This document shows positions 62,225-64,000 of a stretch of DNA of 64,000 bases, piece by piece. Where the stretch lies: contig OZ176057.1 in NCBI GenBank assembly GCA_964247055.1, forward strand, positions 5,952,001 to 6,016,000, given 5' to 3'. The stretch is from Paragordius varius (taxonomy: Eukaryota > Animalia > Nematomorpha). The notes beneath the pieces were generated by a model. It did no database searches and was not told the DNA's origin. It saw only the letters and a program-made list of their open reading frames with translations. The position numbers and the translations under genes are program-made. Numbering within the stretch: the stretch's first letter is position 1; each line of letters starts with the position of its first letter.

Positions 62225-63600
62225 GTTAGTTTTAAGGAATTTTTGAACAGAAAAGAATTTTTTTCGGTTTTAAAAGTTTTATGAATTAAAAAGTATAATT
62301 TTGAAAACTTTTTTTAAGTTTTATGATTAATGAAATATATTTTCGAAAAAAAAAGAATTGAATAAATAAGGTAAATATATATAGTTTTCTTAAATCAATT
62401 CCAAACACGATTCTGATTGGTGGCAGGTTAGTTTCAATATTTTTTAAAAGATTTTTTGATTTTGAAAATTTTTTTTCGAGTTTAAAAGAGTATAATTTTA
62501 AAAAGTTTTTAGTTTTAAAAGTTATGATTTTGAAAACTTTTTTTCTACTTTTAACAGTTTTGATTTTGAAAACTATTATTTCTAAAGGATAATAATATAG
62601 AGTTTTTAAAATTAATTCCAAACACGATTCTGATTGGTGGCAGGTTTTAATATATTTTAAAGAGAAAAGAATTTTTTGGTTTTAATAGTTATGATTTTAA
62701 AAGAGTATAATTTTGAAGACTTTTTTTTAGTTTTATGATAATTTTCTAAACAAATAAAGGTATATAAAGGTTAATCTAAAATTAATTTATAGTATTATCA
62801 ATATTAATTCCAAACACAAAGAAACATAACTTTTTTTCAATTATTAAAAGTTGTGATTTTTGAAACTTTTTTTGTAGTTTTATGATAATTTCATAAAAAA
62901 TAATTGAATGATAAAAGTGAATAAGGGTTATGAAATTAAATGATAATATATATATATATATATATACATAGTTTTCTCAAAATTAATTCCAAACACGATT
63001 CAGGTGTCAGGTTTTTATATTTTTGAACAGAAAAGAATTTTTTGGTTTTAAAAGTATTGAAAAGTTTTATAATTTTGAAAATTTTTTTCTAGTTTTATGA
63101 TAATGAATATTTTTGAACAGAAATTTTTTTAAAGGACTTTTTCGAGTTTAAAAGTTATGATTTTAAAAACTTTTTTTAGTTTTATGATAATGGTTAATAT
63201 TTTTAAACGGAAAAGAATTTTTTTGAAGGACTTGTTTCGATTTTAAAGTTATGATTTTGAAAACTTTTTTTAGTGATTAATGAAATATATTATGATAATT
63301 TTTTAACAAAAAATAATTGAATGATTAAAATTTAAAGTATAATATAAAATTAAAGGATAATATTTCTTAAAATAAATCACGATTCTGATTGGTGTGATAG
63401 GTAAATTTTTAAAACTTTTAAAAAAAGTTTTTAACTTTAAAAGTTATGAGATAAATGTAATTTAGTGACTAAAATTAAGTTGATAAGCGTTTAATAACTA
63501 AACAACAATTTTAAACCGAAAAAAAAGTATATAATTTTTTTAATTTTTCAAATTTTTCAATTCCAGACACGATTCTTAATGGTGGCAAATTAAATTTAAT
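62190..63600. repeat. Tandem array of the CASK SH3-exon donor (6 recognisable extra copies, about 195-bp period)
   Basis: CCAAACACGATTCTGATTGGTGGCAG|GT anchors at 62199 (true), 62401, 62618, 62810, 62989, about 63373 and 63563, decaying with distance from the exon. Confidence 0.9.
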
Positions 63601-64000
63601 GCAAAAAAAACTCTATAGAAATTTCCATAAAATTGTATATTTATATAAATGTTTTTTTGTAATGAAACATTTTATTTTTGTATTGGATAGTGTTGTCTAT
63701 CGGTAAATTATATAATTTCAATGCGAATATTTTATTCAGATGATATAAGTTATAACCATATCAAGCATAAATAAATACCTTTTTCGTGTTTTAAAATTAC
63801 TTTTATATTTTTTCATTTTCAATTCTTATGCCTTAATTTCATATTTTGTAAAAAAAAAAATTCAGGAATTCTCATATAAATTAATCTATTATATAGATTT
63901 TTTTATATTTATCTATGATTATATATGTATATATTAATATTTTTTGAAATTATATAGTATTATTTATTGATAACCTATTATATAATTCAAATGCGAATAT

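Noticed and set aside
63660-63705. GGATAG|TGTTGTCTATCG|GTAAAT as the next CASK exon
   Set aside because: It does not encode the expected G..GLIPS..LQE continuation of the SH3 domain; the next real exon is presumably beyond 64000.

Overview
This is intron-containing, very AT-rich genomic DNA from an animal with fast-evolving proteins. I cannot assign the species from sequence. I recognised no rRNA, tRNA or CRISPR array. Exon chains were assembled by hand from GT-AG sites and checked for reading-frame phase. Genes in order: (1) two decayed PAK/STE20-like kinase fragments facing each other as an inverted pair (about 1.0-2.2 kb); (2) a 5-exon LRR type-I membrane protein on the minus strand (8315-4482) whose frame needs a 35-nt micro-intron or a 1-nt correction; (3) a 3-exon secreted Reeler-domain protein (9.3-12.4 kb); (4) intronless C19orf53/UPF0390 and mitochondrial GatC genes on the minus strand, joined by an overlapping TAATG stop-start; (5) a CASK/LIN-2 gene that starts at 26283 and runs off the window (21 exons, about 1047 codons through the first half of the SH3 domain) with a catalytically dead CaMK domain. 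At least five non-autonomous DNA-transposon families are present. The two most notable observations are the TAATG-coupled C19orf53-GatC pair and the CASK introns, where exon ends and splice sites are copied into tandem arrays, mostly with a period of about 165-215 bp.
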